A stretch of 63,445 nucleotides of DNA, counting the filler. It is 8 parts of 8 records of this genome, joined end to end, with 100 filler letters (N's around TTAATTAATTAA, not from the genome) between each part and the next. Parts side by side here need not be neighbours in the genome. Positions count along the whole stretch, not along the records: positions 1 to 5,779 come from SRR31147125_10344; positions 5,880 to 21,245 come from SRR31147125_10356; 6 more parts are not named here. The stretch is one strand, 5' to 3'. Position 1 is the stretch's first letter. Each line of letters begins with the position of its first letter. A program made the translations under genes and the position numbers. Under the pieces are notes generated by a model. It was not told the DNA's origin, ran no database searches, and saw nothing but the letters and a program-made list of their open reading frames with translations. Shown piece by piece: positions 1 to 10,006 of the stretch.

Positions 1-624
1 TCAGGAGGCGTTCTTTTAAATGAAGTTCTGTACGGCGTTGGTACATCGCTGTTTTTTTTGATTTATGGACATATCGGAACAGAAGTTGTAGCAGGAGTTA
101 ACATAGCAAAAACTATAGAGAATCTTGTTTGGATATTTTTCTGGAGCTTATGTGCGGCGGCATCGGTATCAGTTGGCAAGTTAATAGGTGCACAGGAATA
201 TGATAAGGCACAACGATATGCCAATAAATTTATCATAACAGGCGGTATAATATCAGTTATTCTTACATTTGTACTTGTTATTTTTAAAGCTCCGATTTTA
301 ACATTATTTGATATATCTGTTAGCGCGAAAGAGACAGCTAACCTATATTTAGTCTTATTTGCGATATTTATTTTAATCAGAGGTCCTGTTAAAGTACTGA
401 CGGGAGGAGTGCTTCGTGCCGGCGGAGATACCACCTTCGTAATGATATGGGACGTAATCCCATTATGGATAGCATTAATTATCTGTTACGCTTACATAAA
501 CATATCGGAACAGCCATCAATGCTTTTCATATTTTTGGTAGCAGTTGGGTATGAACTGACAAAAGTATTACCCACATTAAACAGGATTAGAAGCGGAAAA
601 TGGATTAATTATTTGGTTAAATAA
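1..624 (+). CDS. MATE family efflux transporter, C-terminal part (5' truncated)
   Basis: Frame 1 is open from base 1 (SGGVLLNEVLYGVG...). Multiple TM segments with MATE-type motifs VSVGKLIGA and GGVLRAGGDT. Confidence 0.85.
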   Translation, partial: SGGVLLNEVLYGVGTSLFFLIYGHIGTEVVAGVNIAKTIENLVWIFFWSLCAAASVSVGKLIGAQEYDKAQRYANKFIITGGIISVILTFVLVIFKAPILTLFDISVSAKETANLYLVLFAIFILIRGPVKVLTGGVLRAGGDTTFVMIWDVIPLWIALIICYAYINISEQPSMLFIFLVAVGYELTKVLPTLNRIRSGKWINYLVK

Positions 625-646
625 CTTGCTGAATACTATATATTAA

Positions 647-1861
647 TTAAAAATAAGCTTCCAATTTGCTTAACTCACTTTTAGCTTTATTTATTTTCCT
701 ATGTAAATATTTATAATTAAATGGAGTAAATTTTTTATAATTTTTTATATATTTTTTGGTATATAGCTTTCTGTTTTCCCAGATTGCTTCAAATACAAGC
801 AGCAGAGTGTTGTGTATAATAAGTTCTTTAATGTCCACAATGTAAGGGGACTTATCATAATTTTCAAAATCCAGCGTTTTTATAATAAAAGTAATTAGTT
901 TGCTTGTTAAATTGTCTAATTTCTCTATGCTGGATTTACTTGAGAAAATTGTCATGTGGTTATTTTTATAATCCTCTAAAGTGTCCTGTAAATCATCAAT
1001 TAATTGGAGCGTAAAACCAAAGCCAAACATTAAATCGAATAATTTTTCATCAAGATCACCGCACACCAGATAGGCATCTGCTAAAACGGATGTACCGCCC
1101 TTCTCTATGCTTATCATAAGAATATCATTTTCTTTTGCAGAGGATACATTGTTCTGCTGCTCCAAACTTTTACACTGCCCCGTATGAATGCAAATAATGC
1201 TTTCAAAAACATGAGGATATTTTTCTCTGCTGTATTGGGATTCAATCATGGAGATTAAACTGTAAATTCGTTTTTCGTGAATGTTTTTTGGCTTTATATC
1301 ATTACCTTCCAGTCGGAGGTGCAACCTGTTATTAAAATTTTTCTTTTCTTGATTTGTAACTTTCGGGTTATCAAGAAAATTGTCGGTGTACGGATATAAC
1401 ATGCTGTATGCAAAAACCGATGGAGTGTGCTCAATCTTTACATTTGCAATCGCCTGAATTGTGTTCATTATCCATACGTTTCTGATGGCTTGATATATAT
1501 CTGCTGTTTTGCAGCTGGAATCAAAACTTTTTGCTGAATTTATGAATGTTTCTGCCACATCTGTAAAAGAATTAATCATGATTTTCTCAAATTTTTTATT
1601 TTTAATATTTAAAAATAGTTTTGCACGTTGGGTCAATATTTTTTTCAAAGTTTCCTGCCACTCTCCTCTTTTGTTTTTATCCGCAGGGGCTTTTTTAATT
1701 TGTGATAGAAGAGCATCCAAAGTTATATTAATTTGCTTTTGTATTGCATTTTTTTCAGAAATAGAATACTGTTTTAAGGAAGAGATATCTATATCCGTAT
1801 CACTCCACATAGTAAAATATTTTTCCTTTAATTTTTCTACATTACTAATAACTTTATTCAT
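647..1861 (-). CDS. Uncharacterised class-1 isoprenoid synthase-like (DDxxD) protein
   Basis: 404 aa, mostly helical. Motifs YSMLYPYTDNFLD, EKGGTSVLAD and LQLIDDLQD (second aspartate-rich motif pattern of the terpene synthase/prenyltransferase fold). Confidence 0.55.
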   Translation of the reverse strand: MNKVISNVEKLKEKYFTMWSDTDIDISSLKQYSISEKNAIQKQINITLDALLSQIKKAPADKNKRGEWQETLKKILTQRAKLFLNIKNKKFEKIMINSFTDVAETFINSAKSFDSSCKTADIYQAIRNVWIMNTIQAIANVKIEHTPSVFAYSMLYPYTDNFLDNPKVTNQEKKNFNNRLHLRLEGNDIKPKNIHEKRIYSLISMIESQYSREKYPHVFESIICIHTGQCKSLEQQNNVSSAKENDILMISIEKGGTSVLADAYLVCGDLDEKLFDLMFGFGFTLQLIDDLQDTLEDYKNNHMTIFSSKSSIEKLDNLTSKLITFIIKTLDFENYDKSPYIVDIKELIIHNTLLLVFEAIWENRKLYTKKYIKNYKKFTPFNYKYLHRKINKAKSELSKLEAYF

Positions 1862-2055
1862 AAATAACCTTTACTGTTCTTATTATTTATTTTTGTATAC
1901 TATATTTTATCACAAAATATCTTTTTAAAAAATATTTGAGACAAATAACAATATTTAACAGATAGTTTACTTATCTATTACTTGTATTGCAGATAAATAC
2001 TTAATATGATAAAATCCAGATATAATATTAAGATAAATATACAAAAGGAAAGTAA

Positions 2056-2814
2056 ATGAAAAGACAAAAAATAAAAACCGTTTTTATATTATTGACTATT
2101 TTACCTATGTTAATTCTAGCGTCCTGTTCAGTAAAAACCAATAAAGGGGTAACGCCTGAAATTACTGAATATATTACACCTATTTTAACATCTACGCCAG
2201 ACCCATTCACCCCTACTCCTACGCCGACCGCAGAACCGACACTTGTTCCGACTGCAACACCGAGAAGCGGACCAACTGTTGTGGGTATATATAAAAAAGG
2301 CAGTGGAGGCAGAGTATTACTGACTGAGTATATTTCTGAATGGGTAAGAGGAGAAGACATTGGGTTCTTTAATGCATTTGCATCAAATGAGGATCTTTTA
2401 GACTATGCAGCGTATAGAGAAATGCTGGTTGACTGCTGGTTTTCATTCCCTGATGCTATAGATTATAAAATAGGTTATTGTTTAAGCTATACTTTAGTTT
2501 CCGGTGAAGAAATCTCGGTAATAATTAAAAAGCCCAGTGATATAACACACACCAAATATCTGGAAGTATATCTTTATGATTCTGTTCAGCAATATACAGG
2601 TGGGTGGTATACTCATTTGTCCGATGAAGGGATGGATGATGAGACCCTGCTGTATTCTTTTAAACTGACAGCAGGCACAAAGATAAAGGAAGTAGAGGAT
2701 GTCACATTGCAGTCCTTTGTGTATAAATACAACGACGAAAGCGATTTTGACCCGGATACAGGGGAGTATATAGGAACGGTAAGCTATGAAATAAATATTA
2801 TAAACGCTAATTAG
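2056..2814 (+). CDS. Lipoprotein with Pro/Thr-rich linker, unknown function
   Basis: Signal peptide with lipobox LASC, a PTPTPTPT linker and an AAGGA RBS. Confidence 0.75.
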   Translation: MKRQKIKTVFILLTILPMLILASCSVKTNKGVTPEITEYITPILTSTPDPFTPTPTPTAEPTLVPTATPRSGPTVVGIYKKGSGGRVLLTEYISEWVRGEDIGFFNAFASNEDLLDYAAYREMLVDCWFSFPDAIDYKIGYCLSYTLVSGEEISVIIKKPSDITHTKYLEVYLYDSVQQYTGGWYTHLSDEGMDDETLLYSFKLTAGTKIKEVEDVTLQSFVYKYNDESDFDPDTGEYIGTVSYEINIINAN

Positions 2815-2821
2815 AAATCAT

Positions 2822-2859
2822 GAGCTGTTTCACAAGAAAGTGAGAACGGCTCTTTTTTT
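2822..2859 (+). terminator. Intrinsic terminator
   Basis: Imperfect stem GAGCTGTTTCAC/GTGAGAACGGCTC followed by a T7 tract just after the stop at 2814. Confidence 0.7.
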
Positions 2860-2974
2860 ATGTTAATTAATCTGAGATTATGATACAAGATTAATTGCAT
2901 GTGATATAATGGATTTAATAGAATATATTAACTTAGAAATCGGCATATTAGAAATCTTTTTTATGAGGACTTAT

Positions 2975-4273
2975 ATGAAAAGACGTATTATACTACATTT
3001 AGCTAAGATATTTATACCATGCATATTCTTATTGACATCCTGTAATAATTATCTGGATGATACACAGATGCAAAACACGAATCCCGTAGAAGATGAAACA
3101 AGTATAAGCGAAGTAGTTATCTATACTGATTTAGCACCTATTCCATCAGATGCATTATCACCTGAATCTTTAGAATATCTGGGTGCATTTTTATTGCCGG
3201 ATGACGGCGATGCAGAAAAGGAAATGTTTTCATACGGCGGTGAAGCCATGTGCTATAATCCCATGAGTAATTCAATATTTATTACTGGGCATAACTGGTA
3301 TACATATGTCTCGGAAATAACTATTCCTGAGCTAGTGATTTCAAAAGACATTTCTAAGCTGTACAAATCGGAGATTATTGCTGATTTTGCGGATATCAAA
3401 GGAAACTTGTTTAACAAATGGACCATGGAAATCCCTCGCGTAGGTATGGAAGTGGTAGGTGAAAAGCTATATTTTTGCTTTGGCGAACATTACGAGGAGG
3501 ACACCCAGCTGGGAACACATGGATATACTGATTTAAATTTATCAGAATCTGAAAAGGTATGCGTAATCGGAGATTATTTATATTCTACAAATGACTATAT
3601 GTTTTCTATTCCTCAAAAATATGTTGAATATTATGGAGGCAATGATTTACTAACCGGAAGATTTCGCGACGGAGGCTGGAGCGGAATGGGGCCTTCTCTG
3701 TTTGCCGTTTCTACAGATGATATTATTAGTGCAAATAATGACCAGCGAATCGATGCTGTGCCTATTATAAAATATGACGACTCATTTAATGGTGACGATG
3801 GGTACAAAATGGATAGTTATTCCCATGCCGATTCGTGGACGGGAGGAGCGTTTGTTTCATGTGAAGCAGGGGATGCAATTATATTTGCAGGAACACATAG
3901 CTATGGATATACATGGTATGGATTTTCTAACGGCGTAGTTTACCCTACGGATGGTGATGAAAACGCAGTTTATCCGGAGGTGCCCGACTACCCTCACGAT
4001 GAACGGGGCTGGTGGAGTAACGATTTCAGGGCATGTATTGTGCTTTATAGTGTACAAGACGCTCAGAAAGTACTTAGCAATGAAATGGAGTCATATGAAA
4101 TCCAGCCATATGCATTTATTGATTTAAGTAAATATATGCTGGTTGAAAGAGATGAAACTGTAATGCAGTATTTAGGAGGCGTGGCATACGATAATGAAAA
4201 CAACAGGCTATATATACTAGAATTGGCAGCAGACGGGGACAAGCCGGCAGTACATGTTTTTGCTTTTGGATAA
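2975..4273 (+). CDS. Acidic lipoprotein, probable beta-propeller
   Basis: Likely start ATG 2975 after GAGGA. Lipobox LTSC. Beta-rich repeats such as EAMCYNPMSNSIFITG and GGVAYDNENNRLYILE. Confidence 0.65.
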   Translation: MKRRIILHLAKIFIPCIFLLTSCNNYLDDTQMQNTNPVEDETSISEVVIYTDLAPIPSDALSPESLEYLGAFLLPDDGDAEKEMFSYGGEAMCYNPMSNSIFITGHNWYTYVSEITIPELVISKDISKLYKSEIIADFADIKGNLFNKWTMEIPRVGMEVVGEKLYFCFGEHYEEDTQLGTHGYTDLNLSESEKVCVIGDYLYSTNDYMFSIPQKYVEYYGGNDLLTGRFRDGGWSGMGPSLFAVSTDDIISANNDQRIDAVPIIKYDDSFNGDDGYKMDSYSHADSWTGGAFVSCEAGDAIIFAGTHSYGYTWYGFSNGVVYPTDGDENAVYPEVPDYPHDERGWWSNDFRACIVLYSVQDAQKVLSNEMESYEIQPYAFIDLSKYMLVERDETVMQYLGGVAYDNENNRLYILELAADGDKPAVHVFAFG

Positions 4274-4343
4274 GAGGTTTTACGAAGGGAATTTTAACGG
4301 TAACATAGTGCTGATGATAAATAGTAGAAATAAAGGAGAGCAT

Positions 4344-5507
4344 ATGAAAAGAATATTGTTGATTTTATTAGTAATTGGCTTAGTGCTGACAGGATGCAGC
4401 AGCGGGAATCAAATTGGCGAAGATAACGAAGAGGCATTAAATGAGGACAGCGTGCAAAGCGACAGTGATTTGAATTACGATGAGGACGTGCTTAACCAGA
4501 CCTTTAACGATTGGATACTGGGAACGGAATACGGAATAGACGAAATCAAAGTCGATAAGGATAAAAAAGAAGTTCAAATTGTTATGTCGGATGATAAATA
4601 TGCTGCATTGCAGGACTATGATTTTGATGATATTTCAAATAGTATTAAAGATATTTTATCTTTTTATGATTTATCCAGTGAATTTAAGATAATCTTTTCT
4701 AACGGTGAAACTTTAGATATAAAAACAGAATATGATGATACGGATAGTGATGACAACCAACAGAGCCAAATGGAAGATGAAGAAAATAACCAGCAAATTA
4801 ATGCAGACGGTGAAGTGATTAACTTGATTTTCATTCATCACAGCGTAGGCGAAAACTGGCTGAATGCCGGATTAAACGAAATGTTAAACGAAAACAATTT
4901 TCATGTAGCGGATACATACTACGGCTGGAGGGAGATGGGCGACAGGACTGATACTACCGACTGGCCGGACTGGTTTAATGATGATGTAATGCCTACAGTC
5001 TACAATGAGCTTGGGAATATGACAGGATATAATTCGATTGAGGCGGCAGAGGGCGAAAACACCATAGTAATGTTTAAATCCTGCTATCCTAACAGCGACG
5101 TGGGTAAGTCTATTGACGATGAAAAAGAGATATATTTAAGTCTCCTTGACTATTTTTATGACCATCAGGACAAAATGTTTGTTTTGATTACGCCCCCTCC
5201 TATGCAGAGCATTTCCAATGCTGAGAAAACAAGAGAGCTAACTAATTGGCTGGTTTCCGAGGATGGCTGGAGGAAGGATTATAAGGGAAACAATCTATAT
5301 GTGTTTGACTTTTATAATGTGCTGACAGCCGAGGATAACCACCATATGTTATTGGACGGTGCTGAAGAGCATATTATTAACGACAACTCCAATACATTGT
5401 ATTACGATTCATGGGGGGATGACCATCCGAATGATGAAGGCAGCAGTAAGGCTGCGGAGGAATTTGTTCCCTTACTTGTGTATTGGTATGAGAATTTTGT
5501 ACAATAA
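4344..5507 (+). CDS. Lipoprotein with C-terminal SGNH-like alpha/beta domain
   Basis: ATG 4344 after AAAGGAG. Lipobox LTGC, acidic linker, and a domain with FIHHSVG, VMFKSC, VLITPPP and DDHPN (SGNH block V-like DxHP). Confidence 0.65.
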   Translation: MKRILLILLVIGLVLTGCSSGNQIGEDNEEALNEDSVQSDSDLNYDEDVLNQTFNDWILGTEYGIDEIKVDKDKKEVQIVMSDDKYAALQDYDFDDISNSIKDILSFYDLSSEFKIIFSNGETLDIKTEYDDTDSDDNQQSQMEDEENNQQINADGEVINLIFIHHSVGENWLNAGLNEMLNENNFHVADTYYGWREMGDRTDTTDWPDWFNDDVMPTVYNELGNMTGYNSIEAAEGENTIVMFKSCYPNSDVGKSIDDEKEIYLSLLDYFYDHQDKMFVLITPPPMQSISNAEKTRELTNWLVSEDGWRKDYKGNNLYVFDFYNVLTAEDNHHMLLDGAEEHIINDNSNTLYYDSWGDDHPNDEGSSKAAEEFVPLLVYWYENFVQ

Positions 5508-5779
5508 TGCTATAAAATATAACTATCGCAAAGTATTATTGTAATTTTACAGCTAGACTAAATAATGTTTTGAGTACTGTTGAAAAATTGATTTGTTTAC
5601 GCTAAATGTAGTAAATAATTTATCGAAAACATACTATATACAGTATAGAACTTGTTGAATAAGTGAATTATTCAGCAGACCCTTTATGTATTTCAAATTG
5701 TTTGTAAAGCAATTTGGGATATTTTTTTATTAACAAAATTGTAATAAATGAAAAATTTTCTTGACATTATTGCGGTAAT

Positions 5780-5879
5780 NNNNNNNNNNNNNNNNNNNNN
5801 NNNNNNNNNNNNNNNNNNNNNNNTTAATTAATTAANNNNNNNNNNNNNNNNNNNNNNNNNNNNNNNNNNNNNNNNNNNN
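5780..5879. other. Artificial contig spacer
   Basis: 44 N + TTAATTAATTAA (stops in all six frames) + 44 N. Confidence 0.99.
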
Positions 5880-5880
5880 A

Positions 5881-5923
5881 CAGAAAAAGCGGGCGGGATT
5901 CTTAAGGGCAGCCAGCCCTTAAG
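5881..5923. repeat. GC-rich REP-like hairpin at contig end
   Basis: CTTAAGGGC-AGCCA-GCCCTTAAG perfect 9-bp stem, preceded by GCGGGCGGG, in AT-rich context. Confidence 0.45.
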
Positions 5924-6011
5924 GTATCTATCACAACAACAACCTGCCATCCTCAAATATTGCACCAATTCAATAAACACACCCAATATTCATCCAAATA
6001 TATTAAAAAAA

Positions 6012-6191
6012 CTACCTCTTCCTCTTAGCCTTCTTCATCTCTTTCTCTTCATTTTCCATCTTAATCTTTATCGCCGCAGCAATATAAGCCCTCTCTTCAC
6101 GAGAAAGGGCTAAATATTCATGCGGTAAAATCTTTAATTTGTGAAGACAATAATAAGCCTGATTGGCTTCAAAATCACCTTCACTTATGAG
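6012..6191 (-). CDS. Tail assembly chaperone -1 frameshift extension (gpGT-like); not in ORF track
   Basis: The -1 frame after slippery A_AAA_AAC (6197-6191) reads LISEGDFEANQAYYCLHKLKILPHEYLALSREERAYIAAAIKIKMENEEKEMKKAKRKR*. Confidence 0.85.
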   Translation of the reverse strand, partial: LISEGDFEANQAYYCLHKLKILPHEYLALSREERAYIAAAIKIKMENEEKEMKKAKRKR

Positions 6192-6610
6192 TTTTTTGCC
6201 TCATCTACCATCTCTTCCATATTGGTGTCAAAACCATTAATCTCTTGTATCTTTTGGCTAAGCTCCGAAAACTCGCCAGGCAAAAGCATAGCCTTTAAAG
6301 CTTCTGCCGCCCCCATAACACCATAACTATCCTGCAAATCTTTATCATTCAAATCAGGATAAACAATACAAGCACATACCATTTTAGCAAGATAAGCATT
6401 AACATCAGTCTCAGGAGTCTTAACCCCACGCTTACCTGCTACCTTAACAGTACAAGATTTTCGTATTGCCTCATCTTCCTTAGAAGAAATAGCCTTAACC
6501 TTCCACTTTATAGCATCACCCTTTTTATCAACAAATCTTTTAGAAACTAAAATTTCCACTTCCTCAGCCGCAATTGCATTTCCAGCCATAAAAGCCCTTA
6601 AATCACTCAT
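6185..6610 (-). CDS. xkdN: Phage tail assembly chaperone, XkdN-like
   Basis: Motifs VSKRF, CIVYPDLNDKDLQDSYGV, MLLPGE and EAKN; directly downstream of the tube gene. Confidence 0.85.
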   Translation of the reverse strand: MSDLRAFMAGNAIAAEEVEILVSKRFVDKKGDAIKWKVKAISSKEDEAIRKSCTVKVAGKRGVKTPETDVNAYLAKMVCACIVYPDLNDKDLQDSYGVMGAAEALKAMLLPGEFSELSQKIQEINGFDTNMEEMVDEAKNS

Positions 6611-6727
6611 ATTTTCAACTTCTCCTCTAATTCAATAATAAACGCATAAAACCTAATACTTACTTAAATGCAAGCCTATAAATACTAGTATGTATCCGTT
6701 CCTCCAACCAATCAATAATCAATTCCT

Positions 6728-7198
6728 CTAAACCATACCCTTAAGAATACTAAACTTCTCAGGAATCTCAAAATCATCAAATGTAAACTCAAACTCATCT
6801 TCCAAATACTCTTCATCAGCATCAAACTTAGCCAAAACAATGCTATCAATATTACAATCCTTAAGTATTATTGTCTGTCTGCCAACACTAGATGTTGGAT
6901 CCTCATTCGTAACCTGAATATCAAAATAAAGGTCTGTTCCAGTCTCCTTATACTCATACATAATCTCTCTAAATACAGAAGTATTAAAATGAAAAGTTGC
7001 AGACCCAGTACCAGTCCACCCTGTCGCCTTATTCCCCTTTCCAGTCTTACCAAGTATAGGGACCTCTGTCTTTTGTTTCTCAACCTCAGCCTCAAGGTTA
7101 ATACATTGCATAAAGTTATATCTTTTACCATCTAAAGTTACAAAACACTCTGCCATAGAAGCAGTAATTGTGTCTCTAGCACTCATCTTTATCGCCAT
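6728..7198 (-). CDS. xkdM: Phage tail tube protein, XkdM-like
   Basis: Motifs VPILGKTGKGNK..GWTGTGSATF, QVTNEDPTSSVGRQT and EFTFDDF; follows the sheath gene. Confidence 0.9.
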   Translation of the reverse strand: MAIKMSARDTITASMAECFVTLDGKRYNFMQCINLEAEVEKQKTEVPILGKTGKGNKATGWTGTGSATFHFNTSVFREIMYEYKETGTDLYFDIQVTNEDPTSSVGRQTIILKDCNIDSIVLAKFDADEEYLEDEFEFTFDDFEIPEKFSILKGMV

Positions 7199-7308
7199 AA
7201 TTTCTCCTTATCTTACTAAATAGTGAATAAGTAATAATGAACAATAAGACTATTCACCCAATCATCCATTAACCTTATTCAATCACTCATCATTTATTTT
7301 CTATTACT

Positions 7309-8619
7309 CTACTGCACCACAACAGTCATATAAAGCTGCTCCATAGCAGATGTAGGTGTTATATAATCAGTAACAACAACGCCATTTTTACTCTCTCCAG
7401 CTACAACCTCAATATCACCAGCATTAAAGTTCTCAATCGCCCCAACAGACTCCAAGTTCCTATGATGAGCAACAATATCACTCCAAAGAGCAACCCTGTT
7501 AGAAGCGTCATTAGCCTTAGCACCCAAATATTCAGAATTAAAAAGATAAGCTATATCATTAGCCACCTGATCAACAACCCTAATAGTCTGATTCTTAGAA
7601 AACTCCCTGCCCTTTTCTTCGGTAATAGTCGTAAGACTATTGATATCAACCAAAATCCTAACCTCTTTACCGCTCAAATAAAGCATAAACTTCCCACTCT
7701 CAATCCCACGCTCACAAGCTTCGGTGGTATAACTAATATCAACATCAAACTCGCCATCATATAGCTTATTAGTAGCACTTTCATTTATACCAGTCCCAGC
7801 CAATGCTCCGCTTACCCAGTAAACAACAGATGAAGCAAGCGCACCAACAGTAGTACAAGCATTGTCAACAGAAACAACACCCTCATAATCAGCTGTTTCA
7901 CGCTTATATACAACACATTGAAACTTAATACCTTGTTCGTCCCTCATTCTCTTAGTAAAAGCAATATACAAATCTTTGATTGTATCATCAGTAGATAAAC
8001 AAGCAAGCGTATTAAATGTATAAGGCTCAATAGCTGTCAAAAATGCACTATGTTCACTTCCAGTAATAGCATCACCATTAGATCCCCCAGTCATATTGAC
8101 GCCAGCATTCGCAGCAAGCGTAGCAGTCTTATCAAATACAATATAATCATTATCAACAAGACCAGATGCAGCAGCTACAGTCTGGCTATCAACAACTTCG
8201 CCATCAAGCATAGTATCCACATCAAACATACTATTATCATCAGCATTAACTGCAATGATATTTTTAATGTCATTCCCTCTTACGCCTTTATATTTAGCTT
8301 CACCAAATGCATTAGAAGCCTTAGCTCCACCGTTAATTAAACGATAAAAATACACTTCAATAGCATTTTTAAATATATCCCTAATACCTTTTAACCTATC
8401 GTCGCTATACGCATATCCAAATTTAGATTTAGCAGCTGTAGCAAAGTTTTCAACTTCTATGTTAAAAACACTTTCACTACCCCAATCCATTTCCAAACCA
8501 ATAGCAACAACCCCTCTTTCAAATAAGTTGTCGATATTAGCAATACTAGATACCGTATTAATATAAGCACCAGGTAATACCTTGTTTTGTGCTGTAAAAA
8601 CACCGCCACCAAGAGCCAT
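7309..8619 (-). CDS. xkdK: Contractile phage tail sheath protein, XkdK-like
   Basis: N-terminus MALGGG.FTAQNKVLPGAYIN, FSKNQTIRVVDQ.ANDI and C-terminal AMEQLYMTV. Confidence 0.92.
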   Translation of the reverse strand: MALGGGVFTAQNKVLPGAYINTVSSIANIDNLFERGVVAIGLEMDWGSESVFNIEVENFATAAKSKFGYAYSDDRLKGIRDIFKNAIEVYFYRLINGGAKASNAFGEAKYKGVRGNDIKNIIAVNADDNSMFDVDTMLDGEVVDSQTVAAASGLVDNDYIVFDKTATLAANAGVNMTGGSNGDAITGSEHSAFLTAIEPYTFNTLACLSTDDTIKDLYIAFTKRMRDEQGIKFQCVVYKRETADYEGVVSVDNACTTVGALASSVVYWVSGALAGTGINESATNKLYDGEFDVDISYTTEACERGIESGKFMLYLSGKEVRILVDINSLTTITEEKGREFSKNQTIRVVDQVANDIAYLFNSEYLGAKANDASNRVALWSDIVAHHRNLESVGAIENFNAGDIEVVAGESKNGVVVTDYITPTSAMEQLYMTVVVQ

Positions 8620-8802
8620 CTACTTCACCGCCTTTGCCAAAAATTCTTTTATCATCTTATCCACTCTACTAAATGTATAAGACTCCCCACTTTTCAAAAT
8701 AGCATCCAGTATATCTGCTTTTTCTCTATACTTTTTACTCTTCATTAATCTATCCTTGCTAAAGGTTAAAATACCTTTTTTAACTTCTTTTTCTTTTTCC
8801 AA
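8620..8802 (-). CDS. Small phage protein preceding sheath
   Basis: 60 aa with FSK..L.KSKKY...D.L.A.L....YT..VD.MI.EFL. Conserved position between the tail terminator and the sheath. Confidence 0.7.
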   Translation of the reverse strand: MEKEKEVKKGILTFSKDRLMKSKKYREKADILDAILKSGESYTFSRVDKMIKEFLAKAVK

Positions 8803-8803
8803 A

Positions 8804-9205
8804 TCACTTCACCTCAATATCAATTTCTTCCATGTTCTCTACTGCCTCTAGCTGATTTACAAAGACAGGTTTAAACGATACAAAAAAATGCAAAACACCT
8901 TCTATTATTTCGTATCGTCTTTTCTTCCCAAGCAACGCACCATCTTCGCACCTTACACACTCCAGCAAGTCAAAAAGCCTATCACCAACATCACGCATAT
9001 AAGAATAACTTTCCGAAAAAAAATGAATATCCAAATTGATATCCTGCTGATACCTTCCAATACTAACTTTAGCCACACTAGAATCAATATGGCTAATAAA
9101 AAAACAAGGCTTAGAAAAACCTTGCTCCACAGATTCCGTATAAATATCAAAAGTCTCATATTCGTTTTTTATAGCCTTAGCTACAAAGTCAATAATATCA
9201 TTCAT
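8804..9205 (-). CDS. Phage tail terminator/completion protein
   Basis: IYTESVEQGF.KPCFFI and GVLHFFV motifs. ATG 9205 overlaps the upstream stop. Confidence 0.75.
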   Translation of the reverse strand: MNDIIDFVAKAIKNEYETFDIYTESVEQGFSKPCFFISHIDSSVAKVSIGRYQQDINLDIHFFSESYSYMRDVGDRLFDLLECVRCEDGALLGKKRRYEIIEGVLHFFVSFKPVFVNQLEAVENMEEIDIEVK

Positions 9206-9638
9206 CAAATATCTCCTTAACAAAGCCATCCAATTTAGGCTGTATGACCGCACCTATCTTTCTTTGCGTGCTATCTATAGCCTTCTGCATCATATATTTA
9301 CCAAAAACCCATCCTTTAACAAGCGTCTTACCAATAACAGGAACAAACATACCAACCTTCTGCATATGCCCATACTCAACGTGCGATGCATAATCCATAT
9401 CATTAAAAACATCCATCACAAAACTATCGGAAGCTCCACTTACTTTACCAACTCTCCAAGCATCTCGTAGTTTTCCAGTTTCAACCGGAGTATTGCTTTT
9501 AACTTCAACTAAAAAAAGCTCAGCAACCTCATAAGCCATATCCTGCGTAAACTTTGATGCATCCTTTTTAACTGCCTTATCAATTTTTTTAGAAAGCTCT
9601 TCTAGCCCACTAAAATCAACCTCAACCGTTTTGCCCAT
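9198..9638 (-). CDS. HK97 gp10-family neck/tail protein
   Basis: TPVETGKLRDAW, YASHVEYGH and GWV.G.YMM motifs. Confidence 0.85.
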   Translation of the reverse strand: MGKTVEVDFSGLEELSKKIDKAVKKDASKFTQDMAYEVAELFLVEVKSNTPVETGKLRDAWRVGKVSGASDSFVMDVFNDMDYASHVEYGHMQKVGMFVPVIGKTLVKGWVFGKYMMQKAIDSTQRKIGAVIQPKLDGFVKEIFDE

Positions 9639-9640
9639 TT

Positions 9641-10006
9641 TTATGCACCTTCATTGTCATTTAAAAGCTTTATCTCCTGATGGCTAGAATATTTCCTAGC
9701 AATCCCACTTGCTTTATAAGCATATATAACGCCATCTTTCATAACTTCAACAATGCTACCAGGCAAAATTTCAATATCAGCATCCAAAAAAAGCTTAACC
9801 TCTTGTTTTATAAAGGCATATGCCTCACCTTGCTGTGCAGGAAAAACCTCTTTAACCGAAAGCTTACACGGAATATCAGAATACTTTAAGCTCCATTCAA
9901 AATCAGATACTCCCGTATCCAAAACAACTTTTTGCCTCTCATACACATAAGCAACATGAACATATAACATAGCTTTTGTTTTTTTCAAAATATCCAAATC
10001 TACCAT
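9641..10006 (-). CDS. Phage head closure / head-tail adaptor protein
   Basis: DIPCKLS, KLFL....EI.PGS.VEV and Y.SHQEI motifs; position after the connector gene. Confidence 0.7.
   Translation of the reverse strand: MVDLDILKKTKAMLYVHVAYVYERQKVVLDTGVSDFEWSLKYSDIPCKLSVKEVFPAQQGEAYAFIKQEVKLFLDADIEILPGSIVEVMKDGVIYAYKASGIARKYSSHQEIKLLNDNEGA

Noticed and set aside
6185-8619. R-type tailocin or eCIS
   Set aside because: Intact terminase, portal, scaffold and capsid genes are in the same operon, so the particle should have a DNA-filled head.
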